Assembly (NCBI RefSeq): GCF_963506605.1
Contig: NC_083290.1
Coordinates: 15,314,001-15,378,000 of the forward strand
DNA: 64,000 bases
Direction of reading: 5' to 3'
From: Zootoca vivipara
Lineage: Eukaryota
In this document: one piece after another, positions 33,821-45,409 of the stretch
Numbering within the stretch: position 1 is the stretch's first letter
Layout: each line of letters opens with the position of its first letter
Notes under the pieces: model-generated
Seen by the model: the letters and a program-made list of their open reading frames with translations, nothing else
Database searches by the model: none
Told to the model about the DNA's origin: nothing
Program-made: the position numbers and the translations under genes

Positions 33821-34439
33821 CTTTAGACAGTGCCAAGCTAGATGAGCCCATGACCTGATTCCATACAAGGCAGCTTCTGATGTTCCTCTGGGCAGCCTGC
33901 AAACTCAAAACTTCCCCTCTTCTTGCTCAAGAGACCTATCTCAGCACTTTACCTCTCAAAACCAGTTCTATCCCCACCCCTGGCACACACGACGTGCCCC
34001 AGTCTGGTATACAGTGTCTTCTTCCTCTTCCTTGGAATTACCAATGTGCCAACACAAAGGTGGCAGAGCAATCAGGTTACTAAAAGACCCACCCGCCTCC
34101 CTGCCCGCCCACCCGCTAAGCACCCGGAAAGGTGGTTCATTCCAATTAGGAATATTTACCTGCAGTTCTTGTTGCCCCACCTAACAGAAAGGATATTGTG
34201 GAGGTGGGGGAAGTAGCTACAAAATGATTGGGGAATAATAGAATTGTAGAGTTGGTAGGAACCTCAAGGGTCATCTAGTCTAACCCTCTGCAAAGCAGGA
34301 ATTGCAACCAAATAATCATTGGCCAAAGCAGGGGAGAGGGTGTTGTGGAAGGAAGAGCGAAAGTGTTTGAGGCCTATAGAGGTTCTAAACTTGATGATAC
34401 AAAATGACAACTAAGGTTTATACACTCTGTGAAGAAGTA

Positions 34440-34598
34440 AAAAAATTCCTTCCAGTAGCACCTTAGAGACCAACTAAGTTTGCATGCACACGAAAGCTCA
34501 TGCCAATGACAAACTTTGTTGGTCTCTAAGGTGCTACTGCAAGGATTTTTTTTATTTTGTTTCGACTACGGCAGACCAAAACGGCTACCTACCTGTAA
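34440..34598. mobile_element. Penelope-like remnant, internally deleted
   Basis: Shares ccagtagcaccttagagaccaac, gaaagctcat and cggctacctacctgtaa. 13-bp TSD CTGTGAAGAAGTA (34427-34439, 34599-34611). Confidence 0.75.
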
Positions 34599-35282
34599 CT
34601 GTGAAGAAGTACTTTTGCCTAATATACACATCTTGGCAATCCACCCACCCCAATATAATGCATTTTAATATTATTTACATGAATGTTGGCATTTTTTAAC
34701 GTGCCACTACACCACAGCTGGCTCCCTTAACAGGCTAAACGCCACAGCCCCAGAGGATCCTGCAACCATTAATGGGAAGGTGAATCGTTTCCCCCTCGGC
34801 ACCTAAACGATGTAAAGAAATTGCATGAAAGGAGTATGTGGAATGGAGAAAGGACAGAAAGGTATATTTCTTTTTTGTTATTTATTCAAAGCATTTCTAG
34901 GCTTCTGGATGGAATTTACAATCCAATAAAAGGAAATTTGAAAATGCAAAAATAAAATACTGAAACACACACGCACACACACACCAGAATGCCTAACTTG
35001 AGACTCTCTGTCTCTCTCCCACCTCTCTCCCTCTCTTCCTAATCAGGCATCCCTGATTCAGGCAGAGGCGGAATGTTGAAAGCCTGGCTGCCAAAGGAGA
35101 GAGCAACCTCAGAGCATCGCTTGGGCCACGGAAAACAGGAGAGTTGGATGTTACCGTAGCTGATGGGAGCACACAGCCCTGCTGGCTGGGGGCACTGGTG
35201 GAAGGGTACCACACTGAGAAGGCCAGCATAGGTCAAAACACCTACTTCCCCAAAAAGATACTGATTGAATAATGGGCTAGAG

Positions 35283-35420
35283 CAGGCATTCCCAAATTCG
35301 GCCCTCCAGATGTTTTTGGGACTACAACTCCCATCATCCCTAGCTAACAGGACCAGTGGTCAGGGATGATGGGAATTGCAGTCCCCAAAATATCTGGAGG
35401 GCCGAGTTTGGGGATGCCTG
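35283..35420. mobile_element. ~138-bp hAT MITE in the probable CLDN4 3' UTR
   Basis: TSD GGCTAGAG; lies between the CLDN4 stop and the minus-strand AATAAA at 34881. Confidence 0.8.
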
Positions 35421-36158
35421 GGCTAGAGTCACTAACCAGAGGGAAAGAGGTTCAGAAATTGACCCGGAGCATCCTTAAGAGTCTCTCTGGAGGTCCCTAG
35501 CCCCAGATACAATGTTTCTGGCAGCGACTGGTCCCTAAGCTTGCACCCTGTGAGCTTCGTGCCCAGGTGGGGATTTGAACCCTGGTCTCTCCCAGTTCCT
35601 AACCTGTCGCTCTAACCACAACGCCACAGTGCAGAGTCTTAGCACCCAAACTCTCACTGGCTTCCCCCTGCCACTCCACAGTTCCAAGCCAGGTAGCGAG
35701 ATGCAGGTTCCAACGCTAGGCAAAGCCAGAAATGCTCCTGGAACACAGACACACACACACACACACACGAACCCTCAACCCCTGCCATCCCGGGGCTGTC
35801 GGTCCCATCCCTTTGCGGCTGTGAGTTGTTTCAAAGGCACAAGGAAGCTTCCCTCAAAAGCTGCAGTCCAGCTCAGCGAGCTAACATCCGCCGGATAGTT
35901 TGGAAGCTCACTCTGCTTCTGCAGCTCAAAGGCGGTGTGACGGAAGCCAGTTCCCGGCCTGCTTTGGGTAGGTGGGTGGTGGTCAACCTAGCCGCGTTCC
36001 CGTTTTAGGATTCAGTGGGCACAGCAAACAAAGGCCTGCTTCCAGAGTCAAGACACAAAAGTGTAGGGTGGGGGGAGGCTCAGGCAGCGAAGGAGGGTCC
36101 CTCTCCATCTGCAGTTGCCTTCATGGTGGAAAGGTCCCTCAGGAGAAGGGGACAGTCC

Positions 36159-36788
36159 TTAGACGTAGTTACTGGCAGGCCCTGACCGCGCCGCCATGTA
36201 CTTTGCTGAATACGTCTTCTCGCTTTTCGGAGGGCAGTTGAGGCAAAGCAAGGCCCCGCCGATGATCAGGAGGCTGCTGGAGGCCCAGCCGATGAACAAG
36301 GAGGGTCCGAAATCCCGTCTCATGTTGACGGAGAGCAGGGGGTTGTGGAAGTCCTGGATGATGGCATGGGTGGCCCAGCAGAGGGGGATGAGGAGCAGGA
36401 ATCCCGAGATGATGAAGAAGACGCCAGCTGCAACGATGACCCGGGCCTTAGGGACTTCCTCCTCCACACAGTTGGTGCACTTGCCGCCCAGGATGGCAAA
36501 GCAGGTACCCACCAGCGCCAGCACGATGGCGATGACCACCAGGGCCCGGCCGGCCTGAATGTCCTGCGGCAGGCCCAGGATGGCCTCGTACTGCGTGCAC
36601 TGCATCTGCCCGGTGCTCTGCATCACGCAGTTCATCCACAGGCCCTCCCAGATGCGCTTGGAGAGCAGGATGTTGTCTTCCTGGGAGATGGCCACTTTCC
36701 ACATGGGGAGAATGCAGCACACCAGGGAGCCCAGCCAGCCGATGATGGAGAGGGAGATGCCCAGGACTTGGATGCCCATGGAGGCCAT
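36159..36788 (-). CDS. CLDN4: Claudin-4 orthologue with divergent extracellular loops, 209 aa
   Basis: MASMGIQVLG start, GGKCTNC, HAIIQDF, tail YSAKYMAARSGPASNYV; 209 aa as recalled for human CLDN4; position between CLDN3 and METTL27; AATAAA (minus) at 34881-34886. Confidence 0.85.
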   Translation of the reverse strand: MASMGIQVLGISLSIIGWLGSLVCCILPMWKVAISQEDNILLSKRIWEGLWMNCVMQSTGQMQCTQYEAILGLPQDIQAGRALVVIAIVLALVGTCFAILGGKCTNCVEEEVPKARVIVAAGVFFIISGFLLLIPLCWATHAIIQDFHNPLLSVNMRRDFGPSLFIGWASSSLLIIGGALLCLNCPPKSEKTYSAKYMAARSGPASNYV

Positions 36789-36879
36789 GGCTTCTGGAAC
36801 TCCGGTCTCCCTCGCTGCGCACCTGCAGCCGAACGGTGAGCGGGAATAATTGGGAGTGCTAGGCAGGTGGGGAAATTTG

Positions 36880-37085
36880 GGAAGATTATAGGCTGCAATA
36901 GTGGGTGGAGTTTCCTGGCTCCATCCTGGCTGAGAGGACCCGGAGGCTCAAACCTGTTCCCCGAGATTCCTCTGCATCATCTAGGCTGGGATCGTTGCTG
37001 CTCATCTGGGACGAGAGGGCTGAGTTTCCCTGTTCCTGTATCGCTTGGGGAAACCAGCCAGGGATAAGATGGGGCGGGACGGGGG
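36880..37085 (-). promoter_or_regulatory. CLDN4 proximal promoter candidate
   Basis: TATAAT on the minus strand (36885-36890), GRHL-type AACCTGTT (36951-36958), GC box GGGGCGGG (~37071). Confidence 0.5.
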
Positions 37086-38053
37086 AAAGAGGCTGGCCAG
37101 AAAAGGTGTTGCAGAGTTGGGGCATATGGCTGGCCACTGCAAGAACAGGATGCTGGATTAGATTGGCTCGATCCAGTAGGATATTCTTATGTTCTTAGGT
37201 TAACTTCTTGAATAGTTTGATTCGATACATTCGGGTCTGAATCAAGACAGCAGTTTCCTATCCCACTCCAGGGGCTGATTTACTCAGCAGTGCTAAGGTG
37301 ATTCTCTTGGGTTTTGAAGGTCCACCGGGTTCATTTTACAATCATTTCAGCTCTGGCTCTATTTTCCACCACATAAAAATGATTTCTGTTGTCACAAATT
37401 ACAGCTGCTTCAAATGGTCTTTTTGCTGACGTTTCGGCTCTGATCGACTTGCCACGGACCGCACCTGTTGCATGTCATTGCCATTTTGCTTCCTTATCAT
37501 CCATTTGTGCATAGAGAGAGATACACCCGACAATAGAGGAACGTGTTCCTTGCCTTAGGTAAAAGTGGGCTCTAATCCACAGGAAAGCTTCTGGCAGGAG
37601 CCAGCCAGGTGTGTAGTTCAGGGGCAGAAGATTTGTTTTCAGTAAGGAAAGTCCCAGAATCGATCTCCATATCAAAAAGAATAACGTAGGAGATGATGGA
37701 AAGGCGGAGGACTGCAGCTCTGTAACTGAGCTCCTGTTTTGCATGTTGCCAGTCAGTGACTGTTGTAAGCAATACTGAACTACAGTAGATGGGAAGTTGG
37801 ACTGACTCGTTCTAAGGCAGCTGCTTTCTCCATTCCTGATTGGGAAGGACTTGTGCTCTGTGACAAAAGCATCAGATTGCTTGCAAAAGCTCCCAGGTTC
37901 AATTAGGAAAAGCAGGAGCAATTTGGATGATGAAGCAGGGCGGGACAGAGCGTCTCCTTTGCATGCAAAGAGCCCAATCCCTGCTGGCATCTCTGAGTAG
38001 AACTGGGAAAAGACTCCCTAAGACCTTGGAGAGCTGCTGCCAATCAGCATAGA

Positions 38054-38143
38054 CATAGCTGCCAAGTTTTCGCTTTTCTCGCGAGGAAGCCTATTCAGCA
38101 TAAGGGAAAATCCCTGTTAATAAGGGATAACTTGGCAGCTATG
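38054..38143. mobile_element. 90-bp hAT MITE, same family
   Basis: 8-bp TSD AGCATAGA. Confidence 0.85.
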
Positions 38144-41100
38144 AGCATAGATAATATTGAGCCAGATGGATCAGTGGTTTCACTTGGTGAAAGGCAGCTT
38201 CCTGTGTTAAACCTTTAGTCAGAATAATGAGGACTGGAGCCTTAGGCTGTTTGTAGAGGAAAGGCTGCATGCAAGAGGTCCTGGGTGCAATCCCTGCTGA
38301 TATCTCTAGGTAGAGCTGGGGAATAGACTCCCTGCCTAAAACCCCAGAGGAACATTGCTGCTGCCAGCCAGTGTTACAATAGCAAGCTATCTAGGTCAAT
38401 GGCCCTCCCACTTCCATGCAGGCTGCTCCAGACATCCTCTTGTCATCCTTGGAGGACGTGAGGTCCACAAGCAGCAGGGCCACGCCCCTGCCACTGAAAG
38501 CACCAAACCGGTCTGGGCAGTGAATGTTACCAGACACACCACGCAACAGCAGCAGCAGCAGCCAGCAAGCCGTCATCTCAGAGGTCTGTGGAAATACAAG
38601 CCAGGGAACACGGAGGGTGGCTCCACTCAAGGCAACCCGCTGCCATTCACTCCTTCCCTTGTAAACATCTTTAGGATCACAGCCCCCAAAGTGACACAGT
38701 GAATCGGATAAGATCTCTTTAATCAAGCGACCGCCCTAATAAGGTGAAGCACATTGTTAAGCTCACAAGCGGAGTACTGAAAAGATCTCTGCCCCCCCCC
38801 CCCCGGTATTCTCATAGGAGAAGGCTAGCAATGACTGCTACGGTAGCCCCCATGGCTCTGCTCTAGATCCACAGCTAGAGGCTTCGAACATCAGCTGCTG
38901 GGAACTGCTACGGGGGGAGAGGGCGCTTGTGCTCAGGTCCTGCTTGCGGGTTTTGAATCTGGGTCTCCACAGTCCTAGACCAACACTCTCATGCTCTAAC
39001 TCTGCACATTTTCATGGAGCGACATAGACCAAGTAGATAACATTGGGGAAGGGGCTGCCCAGTATCCCCACCCACCCTCTTTGGGTTGCCTGGTTGATGT
39101 TGACCCATGACAGGGCATTTTCAGTGGTGGCTCCCTGGTTGTGAAATTATTGACTTTCAGGAGGATTTTAAAAAAAACAAAACCGTTTTACCCAGGCTTT
39201 GGCTGGCAGAAAGACACTGTCCCAGACAACACTGAAACTACTGGTTGAGTGAATGCAATTGTTTAAAGCTGTTTGCATGATGTTTTCGAACGATGTTGTT
39301 GTTGATCAGTTTCCTGCCCGCGGCTCCTTAGGGAGGAAGGGCGGGATGTACATTGAATAGATGATAAAGATAAAATAAAGGTAATGCATTCAGACGCCTG
39401 GCGAAAACAGTGTGTGGCTCACGCAGGGTGCATTAAGTGTGCCACACTCTGTTGGGGAGATTTATTTGCAAGAGCAAATGTGCGGGTGTTCCTTTCGAGG
39501 AGGCCAATTCTCAGGTATTCAAGGCACACCTATCTAGGAACATACTCCGGCAAAGGAATGTGAAGGGCAAGGGCCGAGAATGAAAAGTTCTTTGTCATGA
39601 AAGACTGGACGAGGGCCAGCGAGGGATCTGCACAGTTTGTTGGCTTCCAGAGATCTCTGCTCGGCGTTGCCTTCCATGCTTACGGCATGCAGGCGATGGA
39701 ACTAAGAGCATAAGGAGAGCCTGATGGATCAGGCCAGTGGTTCATCCAGTCCAGCATCCTCTTCTCACAGTGGACATTTTCTCCGGGACCCTTGAAGGGT
39801 CTGAGGTTATCAAGGGCTACGAGCCACGATGGCTGTGCTCTGCCTTCACAGCTGGAGGCAGCAATGCTTCTGAATCCCAGTTGCTGGAAACCATAGAAGG
39901 GGAGGGGGCTCTTGTGCTGCAATCCTGCTTGTGGGTTTCCCATTGGGGCATCTGGTTGGCCCCTGTGAGAACAGGGTGCTGGACTAGATGGGCCATTGGC
40001 CTGATCCAGCAGGCTCTTCTCACATCTTTATGGGCTGTTTAGGGAGGTTCCCTCTCCCTTAGGGGTTTATTTTCTAAATATTTGTCATACTTTTGCAAAA
40101 CTGGAGGTTCATGCAAGCCTGCTGATACTTCCCCGCTTGGGCTTGGGCGGTGTAGTTTTTGCTCTGAGAACCAGTTAGCAGCTAGTAGTCATCATACACC
40201 AGTAATGGTGACACCGTCCTGAGAAGGCCCATGCCGTCAGTTCTGCTTGCAAAACCACAGAGCTGAGCTAGTTATTCATTTCCATCTGTATGCAGAGTTC
40301 CCAAGGCCTTAGAACAGGCACTTTCCACAACTCAATAGGTTTTCGAAAGTTCTGCAGCACTTGTCGAGCGTGAGCTGAATCGATCCAGGCAAAGTGGTTC
40401 GCAACGCAGCTCAGGTCTAGCAAACACAGCATCTGAACAGCTTATCTTAGCAGCCAGGAAGATTGTCAACAGGAAACAGCACCAAAAGTGGAACTGTCCC
40501 ACAAAAAGATAAACTGGAGAGGTCAAAGGTCAGGAAAGGAGATCAATGTGTAAGACCAGGTCACTGCCATCACTTCCACCTGACCAAGGCTAAGTCAACC
40601 AGGACAGCGCCAGGCCTAAGAGCCAGCAGCAAATCAAGGGTGCTGTCTCAGGAAAACAAAAGTGGGATTTGAGTTGGAATCTCCGTAGATCAAGAAATGT
40701 AGCTGAGCAGTAGAGCATCTGCTTTGCATTCAGAAGGACCCAGGTTCAATCCTCAGTGACATCTCAAAATAGGACTGGGAAAAAGACTCACTGCCTAAAA
40801 CCTTGGAGAGCTGCTGCCAGTCAGTGCAGACAGAGGGACCAAGGGTCTGCTGAAGTATAAGGCAGATTTCTACAATCCTCTATAAAGCAGATCTTGGTTT
40901 GGAACTGGAATCTTAGCTCGGTTGTTGAGCACCTCCTTTGCACAGGTTCAATCCCTGGCATCTTCAGACAGGGCTGGGAGACCCTCCCTGGAGACACCCC
41001 TGTTCCTGAAAACCCAAGGAGCAGCTGCCAGTCGCTGTAGACAGTATTGAGCTAGATGGACCCAAGGGTCTGACTTGGTAATTCGCAGAACAAAGAAAGA

Positions 41101-41153
41101 CTACCTGAACACACAAATGCTGATCTGGGAGAAATGACACTGGGCATTATATC

Positions 41154-41300
41154 AGCTGGATAGCTCAGTTGGTTAGAGCATGGTGCTGATAATGCCAAGG
41201 TTGCAGGTTCTATCCCCATAAGGGGCAGCTGCATATTCCTGCATTGCAGGGGGTTGGACTTGATGATCCTCAGGGTCCCTTCCAACTTTAAGAATCTATG
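41154..41300 (+). mobile_element. tRNA-Ile-derived SINE with CR1-type tail
   Basis: TAGCTCAGTTGGTTAGAGCATGGTGCTGATAATGCCAAGGTTGCAGGTTC head fused to ggggttggac...cccttccaac CR1 3' end. A reverse copy lies at ~2170-2312. Confidence 0.75.
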
Positions 41301-42044
41301 TGAGCATGTGGAAATATCCCTGTGGGGTGCCAGTCTCTCTCTGGTGGGATCCCAGCCTGTCTCAGGCAGCATTTGACCCAACCCACAACAGCTGGGCCCA
41401 TGGCACCAATGCCCAGAAACCTCTTCTTCCTTTGCAAAGGCAATCTGGGGTGCTTCAGGCAAACCGAAGGTTAGTCCCCTGTTTGCTGAGCCCCTGAAAT
41501 GCCAAGCTGGGCCAGGACATGGCTGGGGTGGGGAACCAGGGCGAAGTCCACTCACCTGCGGAGCTCTCTGCGGCCTCCAGCGAGCGAAGGATAAAGCAAT
41601 CCCAGGAGATGGCAGGGGGAGGGAGGGGACGGGAGGGAAGGGGCGGCTGCCAGGGGTCTCTCCCTGGGCATGGAGTGGAGCTGCGGAGTGAGCTCCTTGA
41701 GAGGGGAAGGCTGGGCCAGGCAGGTCGCCAGGGGAGGCGGAGAAAGCCACAGGGGATCAAGAGCAGGTGTGCGGAATGTGTGCCTGGAATCAACAGCCCG
41801 TCCTGGAGGGGAAGGGAAGGAGGCAGCTTTGGCTAAGGAGGCCCAGCGAGGACGTGAGTGCAACCAAAGACCTGCATGGCTGAGCTCCTGCTTCCCAACA
41901 CATCCTGGGTTGCAACAGTGAATCCTGGAGAGAGGGGAGAGAATGTCTGTGCATGCTCAGGAATTCCTGCAGCAGCTGTCACGGAGAGTAACTCCCACCC
42001 CAGATACCTCTTTGATTATTTTGTATTTTGTGACTGATATCTTG

Positions 42045-42260
42045 CATTTATTTCCCACTTTGTTCTCCAAGGAGCTCAAGGTGGCATGCACGGTTCTCGC
42101 CCTCCTCGTTTAATTCCCACAACAGCCCTGTGAGGTGGGTTAGGCTGAGAGGCAGTGACTGGCCCAAGGTCACCGAGTGAGCTTCATGGACAAGTGGGGG
42201 ATTTGAACCCTGGTCTCTCCCAAGTCCTAGTCTAGCACTCTAACCACTGTACCAGGCTGG
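42045..42260 (-). mobile_element. MIR/CORE-like SINE
   Basis: aaccctgtgaggt...ggctgagaggcagtgactggcccaaggtcacc...gaaccctggtctc; also at ~5110-5330 and ~56240-56430. Confidence 0.6.
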
Positions 42261-42616
42261 CTGAAATAATAATAATGGTGAAATAATAATAATGGTGAAA
42301 TAATAATAATAATAATAATAATGTTTAGAAAATAGGTAAGAGCCGGGAATGTGATATATATTGTTACATGCAGGCCAATCTCTGAGCAGCAAGAGAATCT
42401 AGGGGTTCCAGCACTTACTCAGACTTTGGTTTCTGTGGAATGAAGGTACCGTAGGTGGAGGCTGTGGTGTCATTAGGATTATACGGCTTTATTTACACAT
42501 ATATACATCCTGAGCATGGGATGGAAGGGCTCATACTTCCTCCTCCAGGAAACATAAGCCCACTTCTGACACCAGTGTTGCATGCTCCCCAATCTCTGAG
42601 CAGCAAGAGACTAGGA

Positions 42617-42868
42617 CACGGGTAGGCAAACTAAGGCCCGAGGACCGGATCCAGCCCAATTGGCTTCTAGATCCGGCCCATGGTCTGTGAATCAGTGTGT
42701 TTTTACATGAGTACGTAGAATGTGTGCTTTTAGTTAAAATGCACTTCTGAGTTATTTGTGGGGCACATAGGAATTCATTCATTCCCCCCCAAAAAATATA
42801 GTCCGGTCCCCCACAAGGTCTGAGGGACAGTGGACCAACCCCCTGCTGGAAAAGTTTGCTAACCCCTG
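42617..42868. mobile_element. hAT (Charlie-like) MITE
   Basis: CACGGGTAGGCAAACT...AGTTTGCTAACCCCTG; TSD GACTAGG(A/G). Confidence 0.75.
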
Positions 42869-43765
42869 GACTAGGGGTTCTAGCACCTATCCAGGGTCAG
42901 TTTCCTTGGGGAAAGGGTCAGCAGAGACTGCAGTGTCTTTAGGATTATATAGTTTTATTTACACATATATACAACCTGAGCATAGGATGCAGGGACTCGC
43001 AGCATTAACATCCCAGCAGATCTGCCCTCCCCATTAGAGTTCTAGGGTGATCCCCAAGCCATAGCTTTTGAAAGGTCATCCAGATTGACACCCCCCCAAG
43101 CCTATAACATTATGTACAGTGGGGAGAAAGATAAGGGTTTTTTCCGCCCCTTCTCTCATATCGCTAGGATTTCAAAGGACGGTGGCATTTCGGCTTGCAA
43201 GTTATTTCACAAAACACAGATTTGCTAAGTTCTTCTTCAAATATGAGTGGGGTCAAATTTCTCCCCCATCCCTAGCAGTGACTTATAGCCCACATGGCCA
43301 CTCCCCGAAAGAGAGTTCCAAAATGCTGGCAGATGTGTTGATCCTTGGTAGCCACACCCACCCACCCACCCCAAATAGCAGGTGGGCCCACTAGGAGGTC
43401 CGCTGCATACACACAATGTTGGGACAGGGCTTTTAGTGTGGTAGCACCTGCCCTCTGGAATGCCATGCAGTTACGTTTCAGACAAGTTCTTATTGTCTTT
43501 CTGGTTTCTATTCAAGACATTCCTGTTCCAACAAACTTTTCCAGTGGGGATTCTTTATCCCAGTCTGAACTCGTATTCGTTTTGAAATTGTTCTCTTATA
43601 TGGAATTGTCTTGATCTGATATATGTTTGTGTGTGTATGTGAGTGTATGAAAATGTCTTAATTGCCTTTATACATAAAATTGTTTCATATATGTTTTATT
43701 TCTGAGAGTTTTTCATTGTTGAGGTGCTCCAGGATGTTTCACAAGAAGTGATTCATAAACAGATA

Positions 43766-43795
43766 CAAACAAACAAACAAACAAACAAACAAACA
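43766..43795. repeat. (AAAC)n microsatellite
   Basis: Direct reading. Confidence 0.9.
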
Positions 43796-45064
43796 GGATA
43801 ATACCCAAATCAATTCAAATCTTTATTGCTGTGGTCAATGAGCAGGACCAAGCATCATATCTAATTTGTTTAGCCCAGCTGACAGTCATAAGATTGTAAA
43901 CCATTCCCCTACTTCCTCTTTGATAAACTGTTTCAAACCAACTTGATAGCCTTGTTATCTCCCCAACCATTTGCCAGAGCATGGAGGGTTTCTCAGTCAC
44001 CCCACTTTGGCAGAATGTTATTGTTCCTCCTCAGTAAGAATGTCTTGAACTTGCTTTCCCAAATAGCCCTCCTCCAGTAAAAGACAAAAACTGCTACTTG
44101 AGCATGTCAAGAGTGCCTTAATTGTTCGTTCAGTGACCCAGAGTTCTGCGGTGGCAATGGATTGCCACGCTCTGATGTCCTGAAATCATTTAAGCCCGCT
44201 GACGAGGAGGGATTTCCCTGCCCTCTTTCTCCTAGGCTTCTTTACCAATAAGGGAAATTACTCTCTAGACAAAACCAAACACACAAGGTGTGTCCACATG
44301 ATATCTTTAACAAGTGTACAATATGTGCGCCTTTGTATACCCTAGTTGAACTGACACCTGTACAGTTATTCCCAGGTAATCGTCAATGAGTGTAGTGTCT
44401 GTGGTCCTCTGTAATCAATAGCTGAGCTGTACAACGATTTTGCACCCTTTCACACAAAAGCTTGCAGATGTGTATAGAGAAATGGCTTGTCCAGTGTCCA
44501 CGAGTGAACAGGCCTACACACAAACATGCTTTTCCTCCCAGGCATGCTTTTTCCGCAGCCATCTTTCAACGGGTTGCTTTCTGCAGACCTGCCCATTTGG
44601 GTCTCCACCTCCCATAGTTACCTCCCTCGCTCAGTCCCCACATGTCACAGAACCACAGCTGGTGAGGAACACACACGGCCACGTGGGGGATGTTTGTTCT
44701 AACTGCTGCTAGTCCTCATGAATCCTCATGGGGTTCAGGGAGGTGAACCAGAACGTCCCTTTCTCTGTCCCAGTGCCTGTCTCTCTGCCATCGGTCTTAA
44801 GCAACAGCAAATCAGCCGTTACGAAAGAGTGACAGACGCAATGTTTGCAAACCAGCGCTCTAGTGAAGAAATTCGAAACCCAGGAGCAGCCGTCATGACT
44901 CAGGTCCTGGCTCTCTCATCTCCCAAATATGATACATGAAAGGAGCAGCGCTCAGAAATTCCCGTTGGGAAAACGGTGAAGTGAAACCAGGTGGGGCCTC
45001 CAGATTTCAAGAGAGGGAATGTCTTGAGTCACATTCATACTACAGATTTAAAGCCCCCTTAAAA

Positions 45065-45409
45065 CGGTGCTGTGGGTTAAACCACAGAGTCTAGAGCTTG
45101 CCGATCAGAAGGTCGGCGGTTCGAGTCCCTGCGATGGGGTGAGCTCCCGTTGCTCGGTCCCAGCTCCTGCCAACCTAGCAGTTCGAAAGCACCTCAAAGT
45201 GCAAGTAGATAAATAGGTACCACTACAGCGGGAAGGTAAATGGCGTTTCCGTGTGCTGCTCTGGTTCGACAGAAGCGGCTTTGTCATGCTGGCCACATGA
45301 CCTGGAAGCTGTACGCCGGCTCCCTCAGCCAATAATGCGAGATGAGCGCCGCAACCCCAGAGTCAGTCACGACTGGACCTAATGGTCAGGGGTCCCTTTA
45401 CCTTTACCT
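45065..45409 (+). mobile_element. Sauria SINE
   Basis: gctgtgggttaaaccacagag...ggttcgagtccc...ggtcaggggtccctttacctttacc. Confidence 0.9.

Noticed and set aside
41154-41227. tRNA-Ile(GAT)-like gene
   Set aside because: Acceptor stem and T-loop are degenerate, it is fused to a CR1 tail, and a second copy exists, so it is a SINE head.
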